Origin: Escherichia phage vB_EcoM_PTE-Eco05
Strand: one strand, 5' to 3'
Length of the DNA: 64,000 nt
Sequence record: PQ306573.1
The position numbers and the translations under genes are program-made. Shown here piece after piece: positions 46,963-55,993 of the stretch. Each line of letters begins with the position of its first letter. Position 1 is the first letter of the stretch. A model generated the notes under the pieces. That model had not been told where the DNA came from. It did no database searches and was given only the letters and a program-made list of their open reading frames with translations.

Positions 46963-47589
46963 ATGTACAAATATACGTTTACCGTACGTTTAGGCGATAA
47001 AGAAGTGAATTGTAGAGCCTTTACTTTAAAAGAATATTTAGGACTCATAGGTGCGCGGGCTACCGGTACTATTGAATCAGCAGTGAACAATATTATCACT
47101 AATTGCTCTAACGCTAAAAACTTGACTAAACAAGAAGCCGAGTTATTGTTGGTAAATCTGTGGGCACATTCATTAGGTGAAGTGAATCAAGAACACACCT
47201 GGAATTGTTCCTGTGGGCATTCATTTCAAGTCTATATGAATTTATTGCACACTCAATTAGATGAACAGGCCGATCCCTGGTATTCGTTTAGTGGTATTAA
47301 AATTAAGTTCCGTCAACCTAAATTATTTGACGATAAAAATATCGCATTAATGATTGCTTCATGTATTGAGGCCGTTTTTGTCAATGGAGAGTCCATCCCT
47401 GTTGAAGATTTAACTGAAGCAGAAATAAACGACCTTTATGGCCTTATAACGGAAGATGACATGATCAATATTAAAAATCTTTTAGTATCACCATCAATTT
47501 ATCTAGCAACCCCTATTAAATGTCCCAAATGTGGGGCGTCACACGTTCACACAATACGAGGCCTCAAAGAATTCTTTGAGTTACTATAA
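46963..47589 (+). CDS. 26: baseplate hub subunit gp26
   Basis: 208 aa, same length as T4 gp26; C-terminal CPKCG zinc-ribbon-like motif; divergent from gene 51. Confidence 0.88.
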   Translation: MYKYTFTVRLGDKEVNCRAFTLKEYLGLIGARATGTIESAVNNIITNCSNAKNLTKQEAELLLVNLWAHSLGEVNQEHTWNCSCGHSFQVYMNLLHTQLDEQADPWYSFSGIKIKFRQPKLFDDKNIALMIASCIEAVFVNGESIPVEDLTEAEINDLYGLITEDDMINIKNLLVSPSIYLATPIKCPKCGASHVHTIRGLKEFFELL

Positions 47590-47987
47590 TGTCTAATATC
47601 AATAAACTTTATTCAGATATCGACCCAGAAATGCGTATGGATTGGAACAAGGACGTTGCTCGTTCTGTAGGACTTCGTTCTATTAAAAATAGTCTTCTTG
47701 GCATAGTGACAACTAGAAAAGGCTCACGCCCCTTCGACCCTGAATTTGGATGCGATTTGGTTGATGAACTTTTCGAGAATATGACACCACTTACAGCCGA
47801 TACGATTGAGCGTAATATCCAGGCAGCTGTTCGTAACTACGAGCCACGCATCGACAAACTTTCTGTAAGTGTAACGCCAGTATATGATGACTATACGGTT
47901 ATAGTAGAGATTAGATTTTCGGTCGTAGACAACCCTGACGATATTGAACAAATTAAACTTCAGTTAGCGTCAAGCAATAGAGTGTAA
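47589..47987 (+). CDS. 25: baseplate wedge subunit gp25
   Basis: 132 aa, MSNINKLYSDIDPEMRMDWNKDVARS...IKLQLASSNRV, near-identical to T4 gp25. Confidence 0.95.
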   Translation: MSNINKLYSDIDPEMRMDWNKDVARSVGLRSIKNSLLGIVTTRKGSRPFDPEFGCDLVDELFENMTPLTADTIERNIQAAVRNYEPRIDKLSVSVTPVYDDYTVIVEIRFSVVDNPDDIEQIKLQLASSNRV

Positions 47988-48012
47988 TGCTTCAAGGCAA
48001 CCTATGTATAAT
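47986..48012 (+). promoter_or_regulatory. MotA-dependent middle promoter for uvsY (MotA box AATGCTTCA plus TATAAT)
   Basis: TGCTTCA at 47988-47994 and TATAAT at 48007-48012 with middle-promoter spacing. Confidence 0.6.
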
Positions 48013-48067
48013 GGTTTTAGGTCCTTCCGATACAGCCGGGAGATTATTAGTTAAAAGAGAGAATATT

Positions 48068-48481
48068 ATGAAGCTGGAAGATTTACAGGAAGAGTTAGAC
48101 GCAGACTTAGCTATTGATACGACAAAGTTGCAATATGAGACGGCGAATAATGTTAAGTTATACAGCAAATGGCTACGTAAGCACTCATTTATTCGTAAAG
48201 AAATGTTGCGTATAGAGACTCAGAAGAAAACTGCTCTAAAAGCAAGATTAGACTACTACTCGGGACGAGGTGACGGTGATGAATTCAGTATGGACCGATA
48301 CGAGAAATCTGAAATGAAAACTGTCCTGGCTGCAGATAAAGATGTGCTTAAAATAGAGACTACTTTACAATACTGGGGAATTTTACTTGAGTTCTGTAGT
48401 GGTGCACTTGACGCAGTTAAATCTCGTAGTTTTGCACTTAAACATATCCAGGATATGCGAGAATTTGAAGCGGGGCAATAA
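48068..48481 (+). CDS. uvsY: recombination mediator UvsY
   Basis: Start trimmed to MKLEDLQEEL...; 137 aa, near-identical to T4 UvsY. Confidence 0.95.
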   Translation: MKLEDLQEELDADLAIDTTKLQYETANNVKLYSKWLRKHSFIRKEMLRIETQKKTALKARLDYYSGRGDGDEFSMDRYEKSEMKTVLAADKDVLKIETTLQYWGILLEFCSGALDAVKSRSFALKHIQDMREFEAGQ

Positions 48482-48705
48482 TGCGTTATTCAATTGAAGA
48501 TGCCTTTAATAATGATGAAGAATTTGAAACTGAAATTAAATTCTTAATGGAAAAGTATCGTCTACGTCGTCAGGATATTCGTATCCTGGCAGACCACCCT
48601 TGTGGCGAAGACGTCCTTTATATTAAAGGAAAATTTGCCGGATATCTTGATGAATATTTTTATTCTAAAGATATGGGCATTGATATGCATATGAGAGTTG
48701 TATAA
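48481..48705 (+). CDS. hypothetical protein (74 aa, uvsY-distal)
   Basis: ORF track; start overlaps the uvsY stop. Confidence 0.5.
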   Translation: MRYSIEDAFNNDEEFETEIKFLMEKYRLRRQDIRILADHPCGEDVLYIKGKFAGYLDEYFYSKDMGIDMHMRVV

Positions 48706-48737
48706 ATAGATATGTAATTTCAACTTAGGAGGCAATC

Positions 48738-48905
48738 ATGTCAGATAAGATTTGTGTTGTCTGTAAAACTCCAATCGATTCTGCATTGGTTGTTGAAACA
48801 GACAAAGGTCCAGCACATCCTGGTCCTTGTTATAATTATGTCCAACAATTGCCGGTTTCAGAAAGTTCAGAAGAGCAATTGAACGAAACCCAACTTTTAC
48901 TATAG
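48738..48905 (+). CDS. hypothetical small Cys-containing protein (55 aa), absent from the ORF track
   Basis: ATG at 48738 behind TTAGGAGG; MSDKICVVCKTPIDS...; followed by a terminator region. Confidence 0.4.
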   Translation: MSDKICVVCKTPIDSALVVETDKGPAHPGPCYNYVQQLPVSESSEEQLNETQLLL

Positions 48906-48926
48906 TGTTACCTTTTTTGCCTATGG

Positions 48927-48960
48927 TTTTTGGCCCTTCCAAAAAGGTCGGGCCTTTTTT
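48927..48960. terminator. terminator region between convergent transcripts (alternative hairpins plus T6 run)
   Basis: TTTTTGG-CCCTT-CCAAAAA hairpin or GGCCC...GGGCC stem followed by TTTTTT; between the plus ORF stop (48905) and the minus ORF stop (48964). Confidence 0.5.
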
Positions 48961-48963
48961 TAA

Positions 48964-49194
48964 TTAGAAGTCTTCTTCCGCATCCTCATCATCGCCTTCA
49001 AGTTCGGCACGCTTACCTGCTAAGGCATCCCTGACAGAAATATCATCTGTATCTTTTAATTCCGTTTCTTTTATACGTTTCTTATAATAAGCTTCCAATT
49101 CTTCAAGCCCTTCTAGGGTATGACAACTAGCAATTTTACTCATGAATTCGTCAATAGATGCTTCGTATAAAAATTGTTTAAATTCAAGTACCAT
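48964..49194 (-). CDS. UvsW.1-like small acidic protein
   Basis: 76 aa directly downstream of uvsW on the same strand; acidic C-terminus. Confidence 0.7.
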   Translation of the reverse strand: MVLEFKQFLYEASIDEFMSKIASCHTLEGLEELEAYYKKRIKETELKDTDDISVRDALAGKRAELEGDDEDAEEDF

Positions 49195-49207
49195 TTTTAT
49201 CTCCTAA

Positions 49208-49219
49208 GGGCCGAAGCCC
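49208..49219 (-). other. intercistronic RNA hairpin GGGC-UUCG-GCCC between uvsW and uvsW.1
   Basis: Plus-strand GGGCCGAAGCCC identical to the element between genes 37 and 38; again immediately upstream of an AGGAGA RBS on the minus transcript. Confidence 0.5.
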
Positions 49220-50734
49220 TTATAAATTAATTGTTTTCATTACATAGTTAAATTTCTCATCAGCGTATCGTTGGATACGATCAATACCGTGTTTTAACAA
49301 GTAATTAAGATGAGTATACTTCTTTTTAGTATTTAATGATTTAGGTTTTACACCTGCATCGTCGATGAGATCCCAAACTGTAGCAACAGATTTAGAACCA
49401 TGCTTACGAAGCACGCGACCTACGGTTTGAAGTACGATAATTTTTGATTTAACACCATGGGCAAAAATAACATGATGAAGATTCTTGACTGAAATACCAG
49501 TAGAGAATACTCCATATGATGCAACAATAATAATGCCTTTACCATTTTCTGCCATGACTTTAAGCGCGTTACGTGTTTCAGTATCAACTTCACCTGATAC
49601 GTAATAAACTTTTTCGTATCCAAGCTCTTTAATAGCTTCAAATATTTCTTTACCGTGTGTAACGTGTTTAAACATTACAAAGGCGTTCTCGTCTTTCTTA
49701 GCCAATTTGACCGAAAGTTGAGCAATCCACTTTGTACGTCGTTTTAGTCCGGTAATAATTTTAACTTCTTCTTGGTATGTTTTACCTTTTAATTTAATGG
49801 TGAATTCGTCCGGATAACGAAGGAAAATACTATTAATCTTAAGCTCAGTTACCTGTCCGTCTTCCATTAATTTAGACGTGCTAACAGGACGGAAGATTTC
49901 GCCGAACATACCTACGTACTGCATTACATTGGCTTTTCCGTCTCTTAATGAGCCAGATAAACCGAATTTAAACATGCAATTATTTAATCCCGAGATGATT
50001 GAAGAAATACTTTTGCCTGTTGCTAAGTGGCATTCATCGTTCATCATCATACCGAACTGAGAGAACCATTCTTTAGGCTGCTTAACTACTGTTTGCCATG
50101 TGCCAACAATAATTGGAGCGTCGTTTTTAGATTTGTCTGCTTTATCAGCACCACCGCCAATTTTCTTAATCATCGAATGACTAAACAAGCGATAATCAAC
50201 AAAATCATTAGCCATCTGGGTTGTCAATGCTGTTGTAGGGACGATAATGAGAATTTTACCTTCATAATTCTCTAGATAATATCGAGCTAAAAGTGCTTGG
50301 ATTAGTGATTTACCTGCTGATGTCGGAAGGTTTAAAATTCGACGACGATTAACCAGACCTTCATATACTGCATCTTTTTGATACCAATGTGGTTCGATTT
50401 TGGCGTTGCCTGAATAAATTTCTTGTTTAGAAAGCCACGCGTCAAAATCTTCCCTGGTAAGGTCTTCGGTCTCAAAGATTTTAGGGTCAATCCATACAGA
50501 ATAACTCATATTGCTACAGAACTTTTTTATTTGTCCTACAAGTCCATATGGTAACAAACGGTTGTAATCTAAAAGTCGAATTCTACCATCCCAGTTCCCA
50601 TAGCGATATTTTGGGTTAAATTTATACCCGTCAGCTTCAAAGCTAAAAAAGTCACGAAGTTCGTAAAACGTACTTTCGTCGCATTCAATGCGCACGTGAC
50701 TAAAATCATAAAAATGTACTTTAATGTCAGTCAT
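49220..50734 (-). CDS. uvsW: UvsW ATP-dependent DNA/RNA helicase
   Basis: 504 aa; SF2 helicase motifs (LPTSAGKS Walker A, DECH box); strong similarity to T4 UvsW. Confidence 0.93.
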   Translation of the reverse strand: MTDIKVHFYDFSHVRIECDESTFYELRDFFSFEADGYKFNPKYRYGNWDGRIRLLDYNRLLPYGLVGQIKKFCSNMSYSVWIDPKIFETEDLTREDFDAWLSKQEIYSGNAKIEPHWYQKDAVYEGLVNRRRILNLPTSAGKSLIQALLARYYLENYEGKILIIVPTTALTTQMANDFVDYRLFSHSMIKKIGGGADKADKSKNDAPIIVGTWQTVVKQPKEWFSQFGMMMNDECHLATGKSISSIISGLNNCMFKFGLSGSLRDGKANVMQYVGMFGEIFRPVSTSKLMEDGQVTELKINSIFLRYPDEFTIKLKGKTYQEEVKIITGLKRRTKWIAQLSVKLAKKDENAFVMFKHVTHGKEIFEAIKELGYEKVYYVSGEVDTETRNALKVMAENGKGIIIVASYGVFSTGISVKNLHHVIFAHGVKSKIIVLQTVGRVLRKHGSKSVATVWDLIDDAGVKPKSLNTKKKYTHLNYLLKHGIDRIQRYADEKFNYVMKTINL

Positions 50735-50763
50735 GTCAAATTACCATGTAATAAATATAGTTA

Positions 50764-50771
50764 TATTTATA
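50764..50771 (-). promoter_or_regulatory. late promoter TATAAATA for uvsW
   Basis: Plus-strand TATTTATA at 50764-50771, 30 nt upstream of the uvsW ATG. Confidence 0.6.
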
Positions 50772-50784
50772 ATGAGGAAATACC

Positions 50785-51453
50785 ATGATCGATAAAGACT
50801 ATATTGAAGAGTTACGTGCTCTTTCTGATAAAAAGGAAGCCAAAGCTAAACTGTTCGAATATGCGAAACAATTTGGCATTAGCGTTAAGAAAACAAAATC
50901 ATTCGATAATATTGTTATTGATATCGAAGAAGCTCTTAACGCACTGGCTGATGAACCATTACCTGAAACCGATGGATTATCTATCACTGATTTAATTACT
51001 GCCGCAGATGATGTGGACGGTGTTAATTTCACCAACGAAGAAGTTAAAGAAGAAGCTATTCTGTTGTTTGATTCTCCAACAGAACAAGTTGAAGTATTAG
51101 AAGTTGTCGAACAAGAAAAAGAATTCGACCATGATAAATTCGAAGACGCAATTACTCAGGTTGTTGAATCTGAAAAAGAGCCTGAGACAGAGGTAAATAA
51201 AGAAGTAAAATTTGTTCTGCCTGAAAATTTTAGTCCTACACTCATTAAATTAGGCAAAGGCCCAGGATATGTTACTGTTCCTTGGTGGATTTATCAATGG
51301 ATAGCCGAAACCCCAGATTGGAAATCTCGTCCAACCAGTTTTGTGCACGCTTCTGCTCACCAAACATTATTTAGCTTAATTTATTATATTAATCGCGATG
51401 GATCAGTTCTAATTCGTGAAACTCGTAATTCTTCTTTCGTAACATTAAAATAA
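50785..51453 (+). CDS. inh: Inh-like protein (inhibitor of prohead protease gp21), assignment by position
   Basis: 222 aa acidic protein immediately upstream of hoc, as inh is in T4; sequence identity not verified from memory. Confidence 0.6.
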   Translation: MIDKDYIEELRALSDKKEAKAKLFEYAKQFGISVKKTKSFDNIVIDIEEALNALADEPLPETDGLSITDLITAADDVDGVNFTNEEVKEEAILLFDSPTEQVEVLEVVEQEKEFDHDKFEDAITQVVESEKEPETEVNKEVKFVLPENFSPTLIKLGKGPGYVTVPWWIYQWIAETPDWKSRPTSFVHASAHQTLFSLIYYINRDGSVLIRETRNSSFVTLK

Positions 51454-51462
51454 GGATAACTT

Positions 51463-52593
51463 ATGGCTTTTACAGTTGATATAACTCCTAAAACACCTAC
51501 TGGAGTTATAGATGAGACTAAGCAGTTTACTGCTACTCCCGGTGGTGAAACTGGAGGTGGAACTATTACCTATGCATGGAGTGTAGACGATGCTCCTCAA
51601 GTAGGATCGGCCGAAACTTTTGATTACGTGTTAAAAGGACCTGCTGGAACAAAAACAATTAAAGTTGTTGCAACAAATACTATTCCTGATACTGATGCTG
51701 AAACAGCAGAAATTACTACGACTATCACGGTTAAAAATAAAACTCAGTCAACTACGTTGGCAGTAACTCCAAATAGTCCTTCAGCTGGAGTAATTGGAAC
51801 CCCAGTTCAATTTACTGCTGCCTTAGCTTCTCAACCGGCTGGAGCGTCTGCTACGTATCAGTGGTATGTAGATGATTCACAGGTTGGTGGAGAAACTAAC
51901 TCTACATTTAGCTATACTCCAACTACAAGTGGAGTAAAAAGAATTAAATGTGTAGCCCAAGTAACTGCGACAGATTATGATGCAAAGGAAGTTATTTCGA
52001 ATGAAGTATCATTAACGGTTAATAAGAAGTCAATGAATCCACAGGTTACATTGACTCCTCCTTCTATTAACGTTCAGCAAGATGCTTCGGCTACATTTAC
52101 GGCTAATGTTACGGATGCTCCAGAAGAAGCGCAAATTGCGTATTCATGGAAGAAAGATTCTTCTCCTGTAGAAGGGTCAACTAATGTATATACCGTTGAT
52201 ACCTCGTCTATTGGAAGTCAAACTATTGAAGTTACTGCAACTATTATTGCAACTGATTACGATAGCAAAACTATTACAGCAGAAGGTCAAGTTCAGGTAA
52301 CTGATAAAGTTGCTCCGGAACCAGAAGGTGAACTACCTTATGTTCATCCTCTTCCACATCGTACTTCAGCTTACATCTGGTGCGGTTGGTGGGTTATGGA
52401 TGAAATCCAAAAAATGACTGAAGAAGGTAAAGATTGGAAAACTGAAGATCCAGATAGTAAATACTACCTACATCGTTACACTCTTCAGAAGATGATGAAA
52501 GACTATCCAGAAGTTGATGTTCAAGAATCACGTAATGGATACATCATCCATAAAACTGCTTTGGAAACTGGTATCATCTATACATATCCATAA
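51463..52593 (+). CDS. hoc: highly immunogenic outer capsid protein Hoc
   Basis: 376 aa, same length as T4 Hoc; tandem Ig-like Thr/Val-rich repeats and conserved C-terminal capsid-binding region. Confidence 0.9.
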   Translation: MAFTVDITPKTPTGVIDETKQFTATPGGETGGGTITYAWSVDDAPQVGSAETFDYVLKGPAGTKTIKVVATNTIPDTDAETAEITTTITVKNKTQSTTLAVTPNSPSAGVIGTPVQFTAALASQPAGASATYQWYVDDSQVGGETNSTFSYTPTTSGVKRIKCVAQVTATDYDAKEVISNEVSLTVNKKSMNPQVTLTPPSINVQQDASATFTANVTDAPEEAQIAYSWKKDSSPVEGSTNVYTVDTSSIGSQTIEVTATIIATDYDSKTITAEGQVQVTDKVAPEPEGELPYVHPLPHRTSAYIWCGWWVMDEIQKMTEEGKDWKTEDPDSKYYLHRYTLQKMMKDYPEVDVQESRNGYIIHKTALETGIIYTYP

Positions 52594-52599
52594 TCGTAA

Positions 52600-52613
52600 G
52601 GGGCTTCGGCCCC
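52600..52613 (+). terminator. rho-independent terminator after hoc (GGGGC-UUCG-GCCCC plus U-rich)
   Basis: 5-bp GC stem, UUCG loop, TTTCTTCGTTTTT tail. Confidence 0.65.
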
Positions 52614-52694
52614 TTTCTTCGTTTTTAAAGCATACAAAACACAACTTGAGATTGATGTATATAATGGCACAAACCAAATAATACGGGATTGATT

Positions 52695-52889
52695 ATGAGA
52701 GCTGAAGTTGAAGTTTATACATTACATGAGGCGGGATTTTCATTCGTAGAAATTGCTCAAAAAATTGGTTTACAACCTAAAGAAGTTGGATTACTATGGA
52801 CTAAAGCCGAGACAGCTCGGTCAAAGTTTAAAGCAAAAGAAAAAGTTGTATACCGTAAACGTTTGATTAACAAAAAGGTGAAGAAATGA
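52695..52889 (+). CDS. hypothetical small protein with possible helix-turn-helix (64 aa)
   Basis: ORF-track TTG start trimmed to ATG at 52695; segment FSFVEIAQKIGLQPKEVGLLW is HTH-like. Confidence 0.45.
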   Translation: MRAEVEVYTLHEAGFSFVEIAQKIGLQPKEVGLLWTKAETARSKFKAKEKVVYRKRLINKKVKK

Positions 52890-53137
52890 GTTTTGCACAG
52901 GAATTAAGAGAAAGGGCTCTGGCCACTAAAGCTAATTTGTTGAGTGATTTTATTACTAACTTCTCTGCGATGGCAGAGAAAGCCGCTGACAAAGGTCAGA
53001 CACAATTCACGTACTACCCGTCAAAGAACGATTTAACTATAACTGAACAAGTCGGTCAATGGCTTCGTGATAACGGCTTTCAGTACAAAATTAATCACGA
53101 CCAGCGTGATGGTCATTGGATAGAAATCAAGTTCTAA
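52886..53137 (+). CDS. hypothetical protein (83 aa)
   Basis: ORF track; ATGA overlap with the upstream ORF. Confidence 0.5.
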   Translation: MSFAQELRERALATKANLLSDFITNFSAMAEKAADKGQTQFTYYPSKNDLTITEQVGQWLRDNGFQYKINHDQRDGHWIEIKF

Positions 53138-53139
53138 TA

Positions 53140-53165
53140 TGCTTTACATTTTTTGATGGTATAAT
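53140..53165 (+). promoter_or_regulatory. MotA-box middle promoter candidate upstream of rnlB (ATTGCTTTA plus TATAAT)
   Basis: TGCTTTA at 53140-53146 and TATAAT at 53160-53165, 15-nt gap. Confidence 0.5.
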
Positions 53166-53256
53166 GAATCTAGGTTCTATCCATTCAAATTAAACATTGG
53201 GCCGAAGATAGAGTCTCTGCTAATTATTTTGATATTATTATTTATAATGGTGATTT

Positions 53257-54255
53257 ATGTTTAAGAAATACAGCAGTCTTGAAAACCACTACAACTCTAA
53301 GTTTATTGAAAAACTCTACACTAATGGTTTGACTACTGGTGTTTGGGTAGCACGTGAGAAAATCCATGGGACCAACTTCTCGTTAATAATTGAACGTGAC
53401 AACGTCACATGCGCCAAGCGCACAGGCCCTATTCTTCCAGCAGAAGATTTTTATGGTTATGAAATCGTACTCAAGAAGTATGATAAAGCTATTAAAGCCG
53501 TTCAGAAATTCATGTACACAGCTCGAGCCGTATCATATCAAGTATTCGGTGAATTCGCTGGTGGTGGAATCCAGAAAGGTGTTGACTATGGTGAAAAAGA
53601 TTTTTATGTGTTCGATATCCTTATCAATACAGAAAGTGGTGATAATACGTATTTGACTGATTACGAAATGCAAGATTTCTGTAATGAATTCGGTTTTAAA
53701 ATGGCACCAATGCTTGGTCGTGGCACATTTGATGCTCTTATCATGATTCCAAACGACCTTGATTCTGTCTTAGCCGTTTATAATGCTACAGCGTCAGAAG
53801 ACCTTGTCGAAGCAAATAATTGCGTATTTGATGCTAATGTTATTGGTGATAATACTGCGGAAGGTTATGTTCTGAAGCCTTGTTTCCCTAAATGGCTGCC
53901 AAACGGTACTCGTGTAGCTATTAAGTGCAAGAACTCTAAATTCAGTGAAAAGAAAAAGTCTGATAAGCCTATTAAAACTCAGGTTCAATTAACCGAAATT
54001 GACAAAAACTTGCTTGATGTTCTAGCTTGTTATGTTACATTAAATCGTGTTAATAATGTTATTTCTAAGATTGGGACTGTAACGCCAAAAGATTTTGGCA
54101 AAGTGATGGGATTGACTGTTCAAGATATTCTGGAAGAAACTTCTCGTGAAGGTATTGTATTAACATCATCTGATAATCCGAATCTTGTTAAGAAAGAATT
54201 AGTCCGAATGGTGCAAGATGTTCTGCGTCCTGCATGGATTGAATTAGTATCATAA
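53257..54255 (+). CDS. rnlB: RNA ligase 2
   Basis: 332 aa, [21 protein letters not shown]...[16 protein letters not shown]...RPAWIELVS, near-identical to T4 Rnl2 (ligase lysine in KIHGTN). Confidence 0.95.
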   Translation: MFKKYSSLENHYNSKFIEKLYTNGLTTGVWVAREKIHGTNFSLIIERDNVTCAKRTGPILPAEDFYGYEIVLKKYDKAIKAVQKFMYTARAVSYQVFGEFAGGGIQKGVDYGEKDFYVFDILINTESGDNTYLTDYEMQDFCNEFGFKMAPMLGRGTFDALIMIPNDLDSVLAVYNATASEDLVEANNCVFDANVIGDNTAEGYVLKPCFPKWLPNGTRVAIKCKNSKFSEKKKSDKPIKTQVQLTEIDKNLLDVLACYVTLNRVNNVISKIGTVTPKDFGKVMGLTVQDILEETSREGIVLTSSDNPNLVKKELVRMVQDVLRPAWIELVS

Positions 54256-54262
54256 CGAAAAA

Positions 54263-54278
54263 GGGACCGTAAGGTCCC
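54263..54278. terminator. bidirectional terminator hairpin (GGGACC-GUAA-GGUCCC) between rnlB (+) and gene 24 (-)
   Basis: 6-bp stem with GNRA-type loop, flanked by AAAAA upstream and TTTTT downstream. Confidence 0.7.
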
Positions 54279-54286
54279 TTTTTCGT

Positions 54287-55570
54287 TTATTCATCTATAA
54301 TAATTTTAGGCAATTTAACACCGAGTAAAACAGACAAGTCTGAACGTCCCGCCATTTTATCCATGTCCCCGCCATCAATTATTCTCGCTTCTTTTTCATC
54401 TTTTGCTACTGTGTAAGGATTTGCTGATAAAGCGTATCTAACCAATAAACCAATAGACGGTTGCAAGCTTTCTGGATCAACTACAACTTTAAAAGCACCG
54501 ACATGTTCCGGGTCATCTAAATCTACTCCTTCAGTGTATGGAGCATAAAAGATGGACCCTACAATTTCTTTTTCGCCGATATTTTCTACAACACCCACAA
54601 TAACATAATCTAACGGACTGTTGGTATCGCAGTAAAGAGGTAATCCATTTGCCAAGAATCCATAAGCATTTTGTGAAAGATACTTGTCATCTTCGGGCTT
54701 ATGTTTTAACCAACCAGAAGCAGCAAGAATAGCAGCTGCACGAGCTGAGGCTACACAAAACGTCGCAGTATAAGTTGACTCTTTTTGAATGTGTGATACC
54801 ATTTCACACACCATTCGATATAATGAACGACCTGCTTCTGGAGCTGATGCATAGCTCAAGTCAATAAATCCAGTGTCAGTAATTCCAGTAACTTTATAAC
54901 GTTTCGATACAGTAATTAAAGACTGAAGAATATCTTTATTAATTTCATCTGCCATTTCAGTAGCAAGCAAATCTTCTAAGAAGTTAGGGGCATCAAATCC
55001 ATTCGCTTCCAAATCTTGCGCTAATTCAACCGTGAGACCAGTTTTAAGTTTACGAGATTTGACTGAAGTTTGCCATTTATTAATCTGGAATCTTGCATCA
55101 GAAATTTCGCTACCAGAGCTTTCAAATTTGCTTGTTACCGCTGCATCTGAAAATAACCGTACCTTTAAATGAACGACTGCAATCTGAAGAGCTAATTCTA
55201 GATCACTTTCTTGAATATCTGCAAATGGTGTATCTTCTAACACTTTATAGACGATATTATTATATTTGAAAAAATCGCCTTTATTTAGTGTGACTTTTGA
55301 TTCTTCTGTGAGCTCAGTAATTTTTTCTCGGTCTACATATCCAACTTCACCCGCATAAGTAGCGCCAGTTTTAAATGTGAATTCGTTATCTGGGTTAAGA
55401 TATTTGATACCATAAAAAGCAGCAACAGGTTGATTAGTTCTTTGTGTTGCTACAATGTCAGAATATATTAATTTAGTCGTAGCGCGAGTCAAAGCAACGA
55501 GATTTGGGCGACCAATTGAGTTGCTAGTAGACGTTGTAGATTCACGCAATAATTTTTGGATTTTACTCAT
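54287..55570 (-). CDS. 24: capsid vertex protein gp24
   Basis: 427 aa, same length as T4 gp24 and paralogous to gp23. Confidence 0.95.
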   Translation of the reverse strand: MSKIQKLLRESTTSTSNSIGRPNLVALTRATTKLIYSDIVATQRTNQPVAAFYGIKYLNPDNEFTFKTGATYAGEVGYVDREKITELTEESKVTLNKGDFFKYNNIVYKVLEDTPFADIQESDLELALQIAVVHLKVRLFSDAAVTSKFESSGSEISDARFQINKWQTSVKSRKLKTGLTVELAQDLEANGFDAPNFLEDLLATEMADEINKDILQSLITVSKRYKVTGITDTGFIDLSYASAPEAGRSLYRMVCEMVSHIQKESTYTATFCVASARAAAILAASGWLKHKPEDDKYLSQNAYGFLANGLPLYCDTNSPLDYVIVGVVENIGEKEIVGSIFYAPYTEGVDLDDPEHVGAFKVVVDPESLQPSIGLLVRYALSANPYTVAKDEKEARIIDGGDMDKMAGRSDLSVLLGVKLPKIIIDE

Positions 55571-55597
55571 TGCATTTTTTCCTTATGTGATATAGAT

Positions 55598-55605
55598 TAT
55601 TTATA
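55598..55605 (-). promoter_or_regulatory. late promoter TATAAATA for gene 24
   Basis: Plus-strand TATTTATA at 55598-55605, about 28 nt upstream of the gene 24 ATG. Confidence 0.7.
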
Positions 55606-55611
55606 AAGATT

Positions 55612-55641
55612 GTTTACAACGTATTTGGTATGTGATACTAT
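55612..55641 (+). promoter_or_regulatory. early-type promoter (GTTTAC ... TGTGATACTAT) for the ORF between genes 24 and 23
   Basis: GTTTAC 55612-55617 and TACTAT 55636-55641, back-to-back with the gene 24 late promoter. Confidence 0.55.
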
Positions 55642-55671
55642 AGACTTATCAACTACAGAGGAGTAAACAAA

Positions 55672-55941
55672 ATGACTAAAGCACGTTTCTTACGAGATAC
55701 TTTAAAAGTTCTGGAAGCTGAAGCAGTTAAGTTAGTAGAAAAATATGGTGCAAAAGTTAATGGTAATGCCTTCAACAAAGTATGGATGAAAGTTGACTCT
55801 GAAGCTCGAGCTAAAGGTTATTGGGCCACTGATAAACTTGCATCATTCAAAAACAAAGACGGTTCTCCGGCATATGTCCAAGAAGGTATGCCTAATTGGC
55901 AAAATATTTTGAAAACTTACATCGAAATTGCACAGAAATAA
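55672..55941 (+). CDS. hypothetical early protein (89 aa) embedded between late genes 24 and 23
   Basis: ORF track; own early-type promoter, RBS GAGGAGTAAACAAA and downstream hairpin; occupies the slot where T4 carries segD (as recalled) but has no GIY-YIG motif. Confidence 0.55.
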   Translation: MTKARFLRDTLKVLEAEAVKLVEKYGAKVNGNAFNKVWMKVDSEARAKGYWATDKLASFKNKDGSPAYVQEGMPNWQNILKTYIEIAQK

Positions 55942-55951
55942 AACCAAAAAT

Positions 55952-55969
55952 GGGAGACCGAAGTCTCCC
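55952..55969 (-). terminator. terminator hairpin downstream of gene 23 (GGGAGAC-UUCG-GUCUCCC on the minus transcript, then U-run)
   Basis: Plus strand GGGAGACCGAAGTCTCCC, the reverse complement of the element at 15894 and 33676; minus transcript continues AUUUUUGG. Confidence 0.65.
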
Positions 55970-55993
55970 AAAATAAGATTTAATCAATTAAGA

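Noticed and set aside
49220-49228. Plus-strand TTATAAATT near the uvsW stop and TAATAAAT at about 50749-50756 as additional late promoters
   Set aside because: Neither is an exact TATAAATA and neither has a suitably placed downstream gene on the plus strand; kept only the exact minus-strand octamer at 50764-50771.
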